A DNA stretch of 64,000 bases, taken from assembly GCA_964520225.1 (NCBI GenBank), contig CAZFNV010000001.1, positions 72,210 through 136,209 of the forward strand, given 5' to 3'. Source of the DNA: an uncultured Candidatus Saccharibacteria bacterium. GTDB lineage: Bacteria > Patescibacteriota > Minisyncoccia > Phycocordibacterales > UBA9973. The notes under the pieces were generated by a model. It made no database searches. It was given only the letters and a program-made list of their open reading frames with translations, and was not told the DNA's origin. Shown piece by piece: positions 8,188 to 17,427 of the stretch (position 1 is the stretch's first letter; the number at the start of each line of letters is the position of its first letter). The position numbers and the translations under genes were made by a program.

Positions 8188-9717
8188 AACATAACCTTAA
8201 CAATAGTTTTACTAGGCACCGGGGTGTTACTCTTTGGTGTTTTAGTCGGTTATTACCTACGCTTCATTATCGCGCTCGGCAAACGCCGATCTATTGAGAT
8301 AGACATCAAGCAAATGATGGTCAGCGCCAAAGAAGAAGCGCAGAGAATATTAGACGAGGCCAAGAAAAAGTCTGAGGAACAGTTGGCCAGCTTGCGAGAA
8401 GAAGAACGCAAGAAGGTACAGGAGTTTAAAGAAACAGAAAAAAGGCTGGTGAAGAAGGACGAATTTCTGGATGCACGTCAACTGGAAATAGACAAAGAGG
8501 TAGAGAATATAAAGCTCAAAGTAGAAGAGATAAAGAAAATCCAAGAAAAAGTCACACGAATTGAGGAAGATAAAATAAAAGAACTAGAGAGGGTGGCTGG
8601 ATTATCAGAGAGTAACGCAAAAGAAGAACTGCTAAAAGATATTCAGAGGAAATACGGAGAGGATCTGGTAACGCAGATGCAGAAGCTAGAAAGTAGCAAT
8701 GGCGAGAAGTTAGAAGCCCGAGCTAAAGAAATATTGGCGACATCTGTCCAGCGTCTAGCGGCAAGTACCGCTTCTGAGCTGATGACGACCTCGGTCGCAA
8801 TAGCCAACAACGAAATAAAGGGTAAAATAATTGGTAAAGAAGGTCGCAACATTCGAGCCTTCGAACGAGCTGCTGGTGTAGAACTCATAGTGGACGACAC
8901 CCCGGGCTCTATCGTCATATCATCCTTCGATCCAATACGCCGACAAGTTGCCCGTCTTGCTCTTGAGAACTTAATTCTAGATGGACGCATACAACCAGCC
9001 AAGATTGAGGAGCTAGTAGAAAAAGCAAAAGAAGATATAAATAAAATAATAAAAGAAAAAGGCGAACAGGCAGTCTATGAATGCGGAATATTCAACTTTG
9101 ACCCGCGCATAGTTGCCATCATTGGTCGGCTTTATTTTCGCTCGAGTTATGGACAAAACGTGCTCCAGCATTCCATTGAAGCAGCCCATATTGCTGGCAT
9201 GATAGCGGAAGAGATTGGTGCCGATGTAGCGATAGCTAAAGCTGGGGCCCTAGTACACGATATAGGTAAGGCTCTCGACCACGAAGTGCAGGGTACGCAC
9301 GTGGAAATAGGTATGCGCATACTGCAAAAGTTCGGTGCAGATGAACGCATTGTGACAGCCATGAAGAGCCACCACGAGGACTACCCATATGAAACCATCG
9401 AGGCTAGAATAGTCCAAACAGCAGATGCTATATCAGGCGGTCGCCCAGGCGCAAGACGCGACTCAGTAGAGAATTATCTAAAGAGATTGCAAGAACTCGA
9501 GGCCCTAGTGAACGCCTTCCCTGCTGTTGAGAAATCTTATGCCCTCCAAGCTGGGCGCGAGATCCGCATATTTGTCACTCCAGAGAAAATTTCTGACGCT
9601 GAAGCCAAGATGATGGCTCGTGACATAGCAGTAAAAATAGAGCAAGAGCTCAAATACCCTGGTGAAATCAAGGTTACCATGATTCGTGAGACCAGAATCG
9701 TGGAATATGCTAGGTAA
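8185..9717 (+). CDS. rny: Ribonuclease Y
   Basis: N-terminal TM, coiled coil, a KH domain (GKIIGKEGRNIRAFE) and an HD domain (HSIEAAHIAGMIAEE...VHDIGKA). Confidence 0.9.
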   Translation: MNITLTIVLLGTGVLLFGVLVGYYLRFIIALGKRRSIEIDIKQMMVSAKEEAQRILDEAKKKSEEQLASLREEERKKVQEFKETEKRLVKKDEFLDARQLEIDKEVENIKLKVEEIKKIQEKVTRIEEDKIKELERVAGLSESNAKEELLKDIQRKYGEDLVTQMQKLESSNGEKLEARAKEILATSVQRLAASTASELMTTSVAIANNEIKGKIIGKEGRNIRAFERAAGVELIVDDTPGSIVISSFDPIRRQVARLALENLILDGRIQPAKIEELVEKAKEDINKIIKEKGEQAVYECGIFNFDPRIVAIIGRLYFRSSYGQNVLQHSIEAAHIAGMIAEEIGADVAIAKAGALVHDIGKALDHEVQGTHVEIGMRILQKFGADERIVTAMKSHHEDYPYETIEARIVQTADAISGGRPGARRDSVENYLKRLQELEALVNAFPAVEKSYALQAGREIRIFVTPEKISDAEAKMMARDIAVKIEQELKYPGEIKVTMIRETRIVEYAR

Positions 9718-9807
9718 TTGACCAAAATTCTCTACGAGGTATAATGAAAAGGTATTAAATAAGAGGGTACTTGGTCGAACTAATTACAAAACTAACCAAC
9801 ACACTCT

Positions 9808-10080
9808 ATGAACAAACAAGCATTAGCGGAACTGGTGCACGGCAAGCTAGGTGGCACTAAGGTCCAAGCTGAAGAGGTAGTGGACAGCATCTTCGATGCT
9901 ATTATCTCTACCTTGAAAAAAGGAGACGAAGTGTCCATAGCTGGTTTCGGTATATTCTCAGTTAAACAGAGAGCAGCTCGTACGGCTCGCAATCCAAAAA
10001 CTGGGGAACAAGTTAAAGTAGAAGCTAAGAGAGTGCCTAAATTCCGACCTGCAAAAGGTTTAAAGGATTCTGTTTCATAA
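9808..10080 (+). CDS. hup: DNA-binding protein HU/IHF family
   Basis: GFGIFSVKQRAARTARNPKTGE arm motif. Confidence 0.9.
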   Translation: MNKQALAELVHGKLGGTKVQAEEVVDSIFDAIISTLKKGDEVSIAGFGIFSVKQRAARTARNPKTGEQVKVEAKRVPKFRPAKGLKDSVS

Positions 10081-10110
10081 AAATTCTTTTCGCGCGAGAA
10101 GAATTAATCA

Positions 10111-10140
10111 AAAACCCGCCACTGGCGGGTTTTTGATTTT
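10111..10140 (+). terminator. Rho-independent terminator (ACCCGCC / GGCGGGT followed by TTTTGATTTT)
   Basis: Seen in sequence. Confidence 0.7.
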
Positions 10141-10145
10141 AGTAT

Positions 10146-10370
10146 TTATTTTTTATACAAAACAAAGAATGGGATTTTGTCTATGCCAATATAATTAAAC
10201 ATTTTGTAGTTCGCGCGACGAGCAGTCGGTGAGAGTTGATGCATCTTTAAATTGATTTTGGGCACGAAAGGATAGAATCTTACTTCTTGATGATGCGCAC
10301 CCCTATCATTCCATTTAAAGTTAGTGATTAATGGTGGAACCATATAGCCCGATTCCTTACTTTTAGACAT
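10146..10370 (-). CDS. Small hypothetical ORF (74 aa)
   Basis: ORF only; no SD and no recognisable motif. Confidence 0.2.
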   Translation of the reverse strand: MSKSKESGYMVPPLITNFKWNDRGAHHQEVRFYPFVPKINLKMHQLSPTARRANYKMFNYIGIDKIPFFVLYKK

Positions 10371-10462
10371 GCGGACATTAGATCATTTTTAGATCATGAG
10401 CGCAAGAAATGGTCATTGTTGTGACAAGTTGCAAGAATATATTAATGTTATATAATAGAAAA

Positions 10463-10551
10463 AGGCATTTGTGAGGAGTTCGCTTCTCTCGCGGTTAAAA
10501 TCAAACTGCAGCCAAATGCCATCAAAACATCTGCCGAAAGGCGGATTTTTT
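10463..10551 (+). ncRNA. Candidate small RNA (~90 nt). It has a TATAAT box at 10451-10456, an internal GGCATTTG/CAAATGCC helix, and a 3-prime hairpin CTGCC-GAAA-GGCGG followed by a U-run. The hairpin could equally be a bidirectional terminator of the minus-strand lexA operon.
   Basis: Promoter-like box, paired segments and terminator were read directly; there is no downstream plus-strand gene for ~3.6 kb. Confidence 0.25.
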
Positions 10552-10555
10552 GATT

Positions 10556-11044
10556 TCAGTCGTATTCTGGACTACCGCTATGCATGATTCTTTCCCCCTG
10601 TTTACTGAGACCCCAGAAAGGAATAATGCTTAGAAAAAATTTTTCTCCTCCATGAACCTGTTTCACAATTACTTTCACTCTAACTTTCGAATTATGAGAT
10701 TCCATTATCGCGATGAATTCATAGTAAGTGGTTACCTTCATAACACTCTGCCATTCCCCGTCTTTTTTCTTTATACGTTCGAACTTTTCTTTAGTTAAAA
10801 TACCTTGAAGTGTTCTTGATTGCTTAATAACTTCTGGCGCTAATTTTATATGCCTTAATCTATTATACTGATCCTTTATAGGCCTAGCACTATTCCAAGT
10901 TTTAAAAATTAAATGATCCCAGCCCTTAGTGTTAAAATGAATTTTTTCGTTCTTAAAATAAGAAGAGGAGACCTTCCCGATGTTTTGATAAAACTCCTCA
11001 GCATCTCTTTTAACTTTATTGAATTGTTCAACACTGAACTCCAT
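10556..11044 (-). CDS. Hypothetical protein, the distal gene of the lexA operon (candidate SOS-controlled cargo)
   Basis: 162-aa ORF lying 12 nt downstream of lexA on the same strand; no recognisable family. Confidence 0.5.
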   Translation of the reverse strand: MEFSVEQFNKVKRDAEEFYQNIGKVSSSYFKNEKIHFNTKGWDHLIFKTWNSARPIKDQYNRLRHIKLAPEVIKQSRTLQGILTKEKFERIKKKDGEWQSVMKVTTYYEFIAIMESHNSKVRVKVIVKQVHGGEKFFLSIIPFWGLSKQGERIMHSGSPEYD

Positions 11045-11055
11045 CTTTGATGATT

Positions 11056-11622
11056 TTAGTATTTCCTTATCACAGCTTTAAGCGTGGCAACAACCTTTAG
11101 GCTATATTCTGGGTAAATAGGCTTGTAGTTTTTGTTCGCGGGTTCGAGCCAACGCTTACCTGCCCGCTCGCGCAAATACTTCATCGTATATTCTCCATCC
11201 ACCTCGGCGATAACTATTTCACCATCACGAGCTGTGTTCGCCCGCTCTACCAGCACCATGTCCCCTTTCTCAATATGTGCATCTATCATAGAGTCGCCAT
11301 CAACTTCGAGCATATAAGTCAGTGATTTATTTTTTACTAGCAAGCTATCGAGCGATACCGTGTCGGTCATCTCTTCATCCACCGTCGCTGGTAGCCCAGC
11401 AGTCACCAGACCAAGCATTGGAACTTCACCGAAAGAGTTGGCAGGAATCAACCTACCTAGGTGATCCTTGGCCACGAGCCCTGCCTCAATTAATTTGTTC
11501 ACAACTTTGAAAACCGCATTCTTGGATTTGAAGCCGAAGAGCTTGGCCATCTCCGCATATGTGGGCATACGGTTGTGTTTACCGTAAAAGGATTCTAGCT
11601 CGGATTGATATTGATTACGCAT
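11056..11622 (-). CDS. lexA: LexA repressor (wHTH plus S24 peptidase)
   Basis: N-terminal HTH, VPMLGLVTAG cleavage region, GDSMIDAHIEKGD...K catalytic Ser/Lys. Confidence 0.85.
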   Translation of the reverse strand: MRNQYQSELESFYGKHNRMPTYAEMAKLFGFKSKNAVFKVVNKLIEAGLVAKDHLGRLIPANSFGEVPMLGLVTAGLPATVDEEMTDTVSLDSLLVKNKSLTYMLEVDGDSMIDAHIEKGDMVLVERANTARDGEIVIAEVDGEYTMKYLRERAGKRWLEPANKNYKPIYPEYSLKVVATLKAVIRKY

Positions 11623-11830
11623 GAGTGTTTAGAATGTCTCTGCGGAAAAATAAATCTACAAAACGATTAGTGAAACTCTTGTGAGTGTGGAAGCGAACTT
11701 TCTGCAGAAGCAACCTATGATCTCTCGCCTCTTTCCTGTAATCCAAGCCTCGTAGAATTTTCAAATCTATTTTTTTATTTATCTTCTGGATTTCTCTATC
11801 TAGCATTTTTAAATATTGTGATTGTGACAT
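11615..11830 (-). CDS. Small basic hypothetical ORF (71 aa) overlapping the lexA start by 8 nt; the first gene downstream of the LexA box
   Basis: ORF and operon position only. Confidence 0.35.
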   Translation of the reverse strand: MSQSQYLKMLDREIQKINKKIDLKILRGLDYRKEARDHRLLLQKVRFHTHKSFTNRFVDLFFRRDILNTHA

Positions 11831-11887
11831 TTTTTTAAGCTAGCTAGCTGGTTACCTAATAGCTGAGCAGCTGTGTGTAGTATAAGT

Positions 11888-11899
11888 GAACGAGCGTTC
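11888..11899. promoter_or_regulatory. LexA operator of the Cheo-box type, GAAC-N4-GTTC (GAACGAGCGTTC), 58 nt upstream of the lexA operon
   Basis: Exact match to the Gram-positive-type LexA box core; position relative to lexA. Confidence 0.55.
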
Positions 11900-11929
11900 A
11901 CCTGTCAACGTATCACCTGTGGAAAACTA

Positions 11930-13480
11930 TCAATTCACTTTCGGCCTATATTGGATGGCCTCTAAAATATGTCCGGATTTTATTTCGGGCGATCTTTCGA
12001 GGTCAGCAATCGTGCGTGCTATTTTAATAACCCGATGATATGCCCGCGCAGAGAGTCCTAGACGCTCAGCACTGCTATCTAAAATTTCTCGCACTTCTTT
12101 ATCTAACTTGATAATACTCGATAAATCTTTCACATTCATTTCACTATTCGTACTGATGGGCCTGCTGAGTTTCGTAAATCTTTTTTTCTGAATTTCCCGC
12201 GCCTGAGCTACTCGTTCTTTTATTTTCTCACTGCCCTCCCCGCTCGCTTCTCCGCCCAACTTTTTGAAATCCACATTGCCAACAGAAACCCACAAATCAA
12301 TACGGTCCATTATAGGGCCCGACAGCTTCCTTTTATATCTATCAAGGTCGGAAGGTTTACAGATACAATCTTTGGTTTTTGAGCCAGCATTTCCGCATGG
12401 ACAAGGATTCATCGCCGCGACTAGTATAAAATTGGATGGAAAAACAGCAGTTCCTTTCGCCCGAGAGATTGATACAATATTGTCCTCAAGTGGTTGACGT
12501 AAAGACTCGATTACTCTCTTTTCAAATTCCGGAAATTCATCAAGGAAAAGCACCCCGCGATGCGCGAGCGTCACCTCACCAGGCTTCGGATATGTTCCCC
12601 CGCCAATCATCGACACGTATGACGACGTATGATGTGGGGCACGAAATGGAGACACGGCTACGAGCTCGCCTGACGTAGCACCCGCCACAGAATGTATCCC
12701 GGTAATTTCCAAAACTTCATCAGTAGATAAGTCTGGCAGGAGCCCAGAGAAAACTCGCGCCAGCATCGTTTTACCTGTGCCGGGTGGTCCATACATAGCA
12801 ATGTTATGCCCACCTGCTGCTGCTATCTCGAGCCCGCGCTTGGCCCCTTCCTGCCCGCGAATATCTGAAAAGTCGCCGATTTTTGAATTTTTTTTGAAGT
12901 TTATTTTGGTTTTTGGTTGAGAAGTAATTTTTTTATAAGAAGGTTTGGCAGTTTTTGGATTTAGTGATAACAAATGCTCTATCACTTCCTTCAAACTCCC
13001 CGCGCCGAAGACTTGGAGCCCCTCCACAAGCGCGGCCTCTTCGGCATTTTCACTCGGCAGATATATTTCCTCGAAACCTCGCCTCTTGGCCTCCTGCGCG
13101 AGTGGTAGGGCGCCCCTAATTCGACGCAGAGTGCCATCGAGCCCGAGCTCACCAAGAAAAATTTTCTTATCTGGGTTAAATTTTATATCTCCTGCCGATA
13201 GCATGTAGCACAGCGCGATGCCTAAATCAAAAAACGGCCCCTCTTTTTTGAGGTCGGCCGGTGAAAGTGAAACGACAATCTTCTGGTTCTGGGCTTTTGG
13301 AGACTTATAGCCAGAATTCTTTATAGCACTACTCACTCTATCGCGCGATTCATCTACCGCCTTGTCGGGTAACCCTACAATACTGAAAGCATGCAACCCG
13401 CGCGAAAGATCAACCTCAATGGCAACAATTGCGCCCGAGAGTAGATTCACTTGAGCTGAATAAACTTTGGCGAAAGACAT
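11930..13480 (-). CDS. comM: Mg-chelatase-like AAA+ ATPase ComM/YifB family
   Basis: N-terminal Lon-protease-like domain, Walker A GPPGTGKT, and the ChlI-like C-terminal region. Confidence 0.85.
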   Translation of the reverse strand: MSFAKVYSAQVNLLSGAIVAIEVDLSRGLHAFSIVGLPDKAVDESRDRVSSAIKNSGYKSPKAQNQKIVVSLSPADLKKEGPFFDLGIALCYMLSAGDIKFNPDKKIFLGELGLDGTLRRIRGALPLAQEAKRRGFEEIYLPSENAEEAALVEGLQVFGAGSLKEVIEHLLSLNPKTAKPSYKKITSQPKTKINFKKNSKIGDFSDIRGQEGAKRGLEIAAAGGHNIAMYGPPGTGKTMLARVFSGLLPDLSTDEVLEITGIHSVAGATSGELVAVSPFRAPHHTSSYVSMIGGGTYPKPGEVTLAHRGVLFLDEFPEFEKRVIESLRQPLEDNIVSISRAKGTAVFPSNFILVAAMNPCPCGNAGSKTKDCICKPSDLDRYKRKLSGPIMDRIDLWVSVGNVDFKKLGGEASGEGSEKIKERVAQAREIQKKRFTKLSRPISTNSEMNVKDLSSIIKLDKEVREILDSSAERLGLSARAYHRVIKIARTIADLERSPEIKSGHILEAIQYRPKVN

Positions 13481-13492
13481 TTCCGCTTAATT

Positions 13493-13843
13493 CTATAAAT
13501 GTTCCTTGCAAGTCCGCGCAGCTGGGTTAGCTTCCAAGCGCGCAGGTTCTATTTCCCCCTTACAAACCTCGCATTTACCGAAAGATTCTTTACTTATTCT
13601 TTTCAGAGCGCCAAGTATATCCTTTAAACGTGGAGACAGCGCCTTCAACATAGAGCTTCGAGACTCAAAATCCTCAAAACGATCCGCCACGTCATTCTGG
13701 TCGGCCTCTGGCGCCTGCTGTTCCTCTGGAGTAGCCTCCCATTCCCCTGTTTCCGGATCAAGCTTACCCATTCCACTCAGCTCTTCTACCAGCATATCCC
13801 GCTCCTTCTCCAGTTTTTCTTTAATTTTCTTTTTATCTATCAT
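13493..13843 (-). CDS. DksA/TraR family C4 zinc-finger protein
   Basis: CEVCKGEIEPARLEANPAARTCKEHL C4 finger after a coiled coil. The start is taken at the internal ATG at 13843 (MIDKKKIKEK). Confidence 0.65.
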   Translation of the reverse strand: MIDKKKIKEKLEKERDMLVEELSGMGKLDPETGEWEATPEEQQAPEADQNDVADRFEDFESRSSMLKALSPRLKDILGALKRISKESFGKCEVCKGEIEPARLEANPAARTCKEHL

Positions 13844-14186
13844 AATGTTACCCAAATAATAGCACAAAAAAAATTTATAGCTAGTTTTTAGTAAAAAGAT
13901 AGGTGGATTGACTTTTGACCCTTTTTGGGCTAAACTACGGTTACGGTTAGATGGAAGCAAAAAGTCCAATTTTTCAGAAAAAACAGCCCCGACAGTAACC
14001 ATCGTGAGAATTCTTTCTACCCTGCCCTATGGCGGGGATGAATGCAGAATAATTTGGTCGCCAATAATTCTGCCCTTATAAAATAAGGCTAAAATAGAAT
14101 CCTTGCGGTAGCAATCTTGTTTTATAAAACCTCTATTTAAAATATCCCGTGATTTTTTCTGCCTAATCCTCGCCTCTGGGGCGATT

Positions 14187-15182
14187 TTGTTGCCTCTACC
14201 CGCTGAGGCTATTTCCCTGCCATCCATATCTTCAGTATTTGGTGGCCAAGCCCTAGCCCAAGAAGAAAACCCCCGCCCTGTGGACAATTTACAGACTATG
14301 GCCTTACTCCAGCCCACCCCAGCATCTATACGCACCGCGAGCGATGAAGAGATAAACAGCAGTATGGTAGCAGACAATAACGCTCTAGTGCCTTCCTCGA
14401 ATGCAGTGGAGGCCATCACCGGATCTCCGGCACAGAACATATTTTCAGGAGAAACAAGCATATATGTGGTTAGAGGTGGAGATACCTTGGATCAAATCGC
14501 CAAAATGTTCGGTGTTACTGTAGATACAATACTTTCTGCCAACGATCTCAAGAAGGGCGCCAAGCTAAAGGAGGGTGATATTTTGCTTATTTTGCCTTAT
14601 TCCGGCGTAGAATACACTGTAGTAAAGGGAGACACCCTAGAAAGCATAGCTAAAAAGCATAAAGTGGCCCTAAACGACATACTTTCTGCTAACGATATTG
14701 ATTCAGGCACTAAGATTTTACCTGGGGAAAAGCTCATGATCCCGGGTGCAAGTATGCTAGTGGAGGCTCCTAAATCTACTGGTTCTACTTCTTCAAAATC
14801 CTCTACGGGATCATCGGGGGCTACCGTAGACACAACTGGATACTTCTCTCACCCACTACCAGGCGCACGCAGAACCAGAGGTATAATTCCTCGTGTTCAC
14901 AAGGGTGTCGACCTAGCTGCTCGCGCTGGCACACCAATACTCGCTGCCGCAGATGGAACAGTAGAAATAGCTCGTTACGGTTGGAATGGAGGCTTCGGTA
15001 ACTATGTGGTTATAAAACATTCTAACGGCACTCGCACCCTATATGCACATATGTCCAAACTAGGAACATCTTATGGCACAAAAGTAGAAAAAGGTGAAGT
15101 TATAGGATACGTTGGTAACACCGGCAGATCTCGTGGAGACCACCTGCACTTCGAAGTCCTCGGTGGAAAAAATCCTTTCTAA
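14187..15182 (+). CDS. Secreted peptidoglycan hydrolase: two LysM domains plus an M23 peptidase
   Basis: YVVRGGDTLDQIAK and YTVVKGDTLESIAK LysM motifs; HKGVDLAA...GNTGRSRGDHLHFEV (M23 HxxxD...HxH). Confidence 0.85.
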   Translation: MLPLPAEAISLPSISSVFGGQALAQEENPRPVDNLQTMALLQPTPASIRTASDEEINSSMVADNNALVPSSNAVEAITGSPAQNIFSGETSIYVVRGGDTLDQIAKMFGVTVDTILSANDLKKGAKLKEGDILLILPYSGVEYTVVKGDTLESIAKKHKVALNDILSANDIDSGTKILPGEKLMIPGASMLVEAPKSTGSTSSKSSTGSSGATVDTTGYFSHPLPGARRTRGIIPRVHKGVDLAARAGTPILAAADGTVEIARYGWNGGFGNYVVIKHSNGTRTLYAHMSKLGTSYGTKVEKGEVIGYVGNTGRSRGDHLHFEVLGGKNPF

Positions 15183-15204
15183 ATAAGGAAAATCTCCTTC
15201 CATA

Positions 15205-15522
15205 AATAGCTTGACTTACTGATGGGCAAGGAGTAGTGTGTAATGAAGTCGAGTTCTTCGAAGAAATTATTCCCGCGAACCTAGCATGTGGATTAGACAC
15301 CCTCGTGTTAGTCGCCAGGCTTTTCATGTCACACGTAGTGAAAGTCTGACTCAGCCTCAAGCGTGGTTCACGCAAGAGCAAGTACAGGGAGAAGCTGACG
15401 TATAATGGGCTTGTAACCACTGCGGCGTCGCAACGGCGCCGGCCCATGGCTAAAGCGAAGAGCTTGACTTTTTTCACTCATCATAAATTCGGCACCCCTC
15501 GGGGTGCCTTTCGTTTTTTAAG
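15205..15522 (+). ncRNA. Candidate structured RNA of unknown class: a GC-enriched (~52%) non-coding island ending in a strong terminator (15491-15519, GGCACCC-CUCG-GGGUGCC plus a U-run)
   Basis: No ORF of 60 aa or more on either strand, local GC well above the flanks, and several helices. I could not match the conserved cores of RNase P RNA, tmRNA or SRP RNA. Confidence 0.3.
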
Positions 15523-15896
15523 TAAATAAATTCACAGTAAATGCTTCCGGCGAAACGCATATCCTGAACTTGACTTCAAGTATTTTTCAAACATTAGCGC
15601 TGTTTCTTTTGACGCAAATGCGCAATACCAAACTAATTTATATTTACCATTTTTCGTAGTTTCTACTTGGCCTTGATTATGGTAAATAAGTCTATCTTTC
15701 AGATTGTTGGACTAACCAACATAATATTCTTGCTTATCTGCATTAAATAAAATATAAGTGTAGTACATATTTTTTGCCCCACTCCATCAAGATTGCGCGA
15801 GGCCACTTCGCTTTCGTGTTTTTTATTATATCAATTTCAATATAGAGTTTTGTGGTGCTTGCACCGCGAAGCTCCTGATTCGTCAGGAGCGCAGTG

Positions 15897-15915
15897 GTGC
15901 GGGATAGGAGAATCG
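15897..15915 (-). repeat. 19-nt direct repeat of the 3-prime end (T-loop/acceptor) of tRNA-Gly(UCC), followed by an encoded CCA. The other copy is the genuine tRNA 3-prime end at 16018-16036.
   Basis: GTGCGGGATAGGAGAATCG occurs twice, 121 nt apart. The upstream copy reads ...ATCCCGC-A-CCA on the tRNA strand. Confidence 0.6.
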
Positions 15916-16018
15916 GCTACTACATAGCCAGGTGCTTTTCCGTCTCACCATACTCACAAGGAAAAGCCTTTCGATTCCCTACGCAAGCAAAGCAGTTTGC
16001 TTACTATCCCTTACTCTG

Positions 16019-16089
16019 TGCGGGATAGGAGAATCGAACTCCTAACCTCAGTTTGGAAAACTGATATTTTACCATTAAACTAATCCCGC
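16019..16089 (-). tRNA. tRNA-Gly (anticodon UCC), 71 nt, CCA not encoded
   Basis: Hand-folded cloverleaf: acceptor GCGGGAT/ATCCCGC, D-stem GTTT/AAAT, anticodon stem TCAGT/ACTGA with loop TTTCCAA, T-arm AGGAG-TTCGATT-CTCCT. Confidence 0.8.
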
Positions 16090-16171
16090 CTTCTTTCGCA
16101 ATTACTGAACGCCGCTCGAACCTTTTTTGAACGAAATCCCGAATGATGCCGCGCGGCGCATTATCAATCAA

Positions 16172-17425
16172 TTATAAACTATCCTCGGGAAAACCAATAG
16201 TGTCTTTCCCCATGTACGATCTCAACACCTCAGGAATAAGAATTGTCCCGTCCTCTTGTTGGTAATTTTCCAATATAGCGATAAGTGTTCTCGAGACAGC
16301 TATTGCTGTACCATTTAGCATATGCAGAAATTCTACCTTACCGTCTTTTCTGCGAACTTTAATATTTAGATTTCTTGCCTGATAATCGGTACAGTTTGAT
16401 GTTGAAGTTACTTCACCATAATCGTTTCGACCTGGCATCCATGCCTCAATATCATATTTTCTTGCTGCAATTGCCCCAAGATCTCCTGTGCACATCTCTA
16501 AAACTCGATACGGAATATTCAATTTTTGATAAATCCTCTCCTCAAGCTCCAATAGATACTTGTGCATTGAGTCAGATTGTTCTGGAAGACAATAAATGAA
16601 CATCTCTGCTTTCGTAAACTGATGCACACGATAGAGGCCGTGAGAATATTTTCCATACGCACCAGCTTCTTGCCTGAACGCATGAGAGTAACCAATATAT
16701 TTCAATGGTAATTTATCCTCTGGAATAATCTCGTCAGCATGCAACCCAGCAATAGTGACTTCAGCGGTTGCGATTAAACCAAGATCGTGACCGTCAATAG
16801 CATAAATTTGTGCCTCGTTTCCTTTTGGTAAATATCCAGTACCTAAATAAAATCTTGATTTTGCCAGATCGGGAGTTATCACTGGCACATACCCCTCTTG
16901 AATAAGCAATTTAAATGCGTACTGCACTAAAACTAATTCGAGTAATGCCAGATCACCAAGAAGAAAGTAAAATTGTGAGCCGGCCACTTTTGCACCGCCC
17001 TCAAAGTTAAGCATGCCAAGTCCTGTTCCCAACTCAAAATGTGTTTTCGGTTTAAATTTAAAGTTGGGTTTATCGCCCCATATTCTGATTACTTTATTAT
17101 CTGTTTCTGTTTTACCAATTGGCACATTATCAAAGGGTAGGTTCGGTATACCATTAAGTAATTTAGAAACATTTTCCTTAATTTCTAAAAGATTTTTTTC
17201 AACTTTTTGAAGGGTAATCTTAATTTGTTTCGCCTCTTCTCGTTTAGTATTATCTTTTGAAAGCTGATTACGTTGACTCCGTAAATTTTCGGATTCGGCC
17301 AGCATTTTTCGATATTCTTTATCTAATGACAAAAGTTGGTCAACAATCGACGGATCGTATCCCTTTGTGGTAATTCTGCTTCTAACTAATTCTGGATTTT
17401 CTCTTACAATTTTAATGTCTATCAT
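16172..17425 (-). CDS. serS: Seryl-tRNA synthetase
   Basis: N-terminal coiled-coil arm and the class II motifs (FRQEAGAYGKYSHGLYRVHQFTKAEMF). Confidence 0.9.
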   Translation of the reverse strand: MIDIKIVRENPELVRSRITTKGYDPSIVDQLLSLDKEYRKMLAESENLRSQRNQLSKDNTKREEAKQIKITLQKVEKNLLEIKENVSKLLNGIPNLPFDNVPIGKTETDNKVIRIWGDKPNFKFKPKTHFELGTGLGMLNFEGGAKVAGSQFYFLLGDLALLELVLVQYAFKLLIQEGYVPVITPDLAKSRFYLGTGYLPKGNEAQIYAIDGHDLGLIATAEVTIAGLHADEIIPEDKLPLKYIGYSHAFRQEAGAYGKYSHGLYRVHQFTKAEMFIYCLPEQSDSMHKYLLELEERIYQKLNIPYRVLEMCTGDLGAIAARKYDIEAWMPGRNDYGEVTSTSNCTDYQARNLNIKVRRKDGKVEFLHMLNGTAIAVSRTLIAILENYQQEDGTILIPEVLRSYMGKDTIGFPEDSL

Positions 17426-17427
17426 AG

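Noticed and set aside
15205-15522. Assigning the GC-rich non-coding island to RNase P RNA, tmRNA or SRP RNA
   Set aside because: A GTGAAAGTCTGACTC segment loosely recalls the RNase P P4 region, but no complementary ACAGAR/CCGGCUUA partner, no tmRNA tRNA-like ends and no SRP GGAAGCAGCC motif were found.
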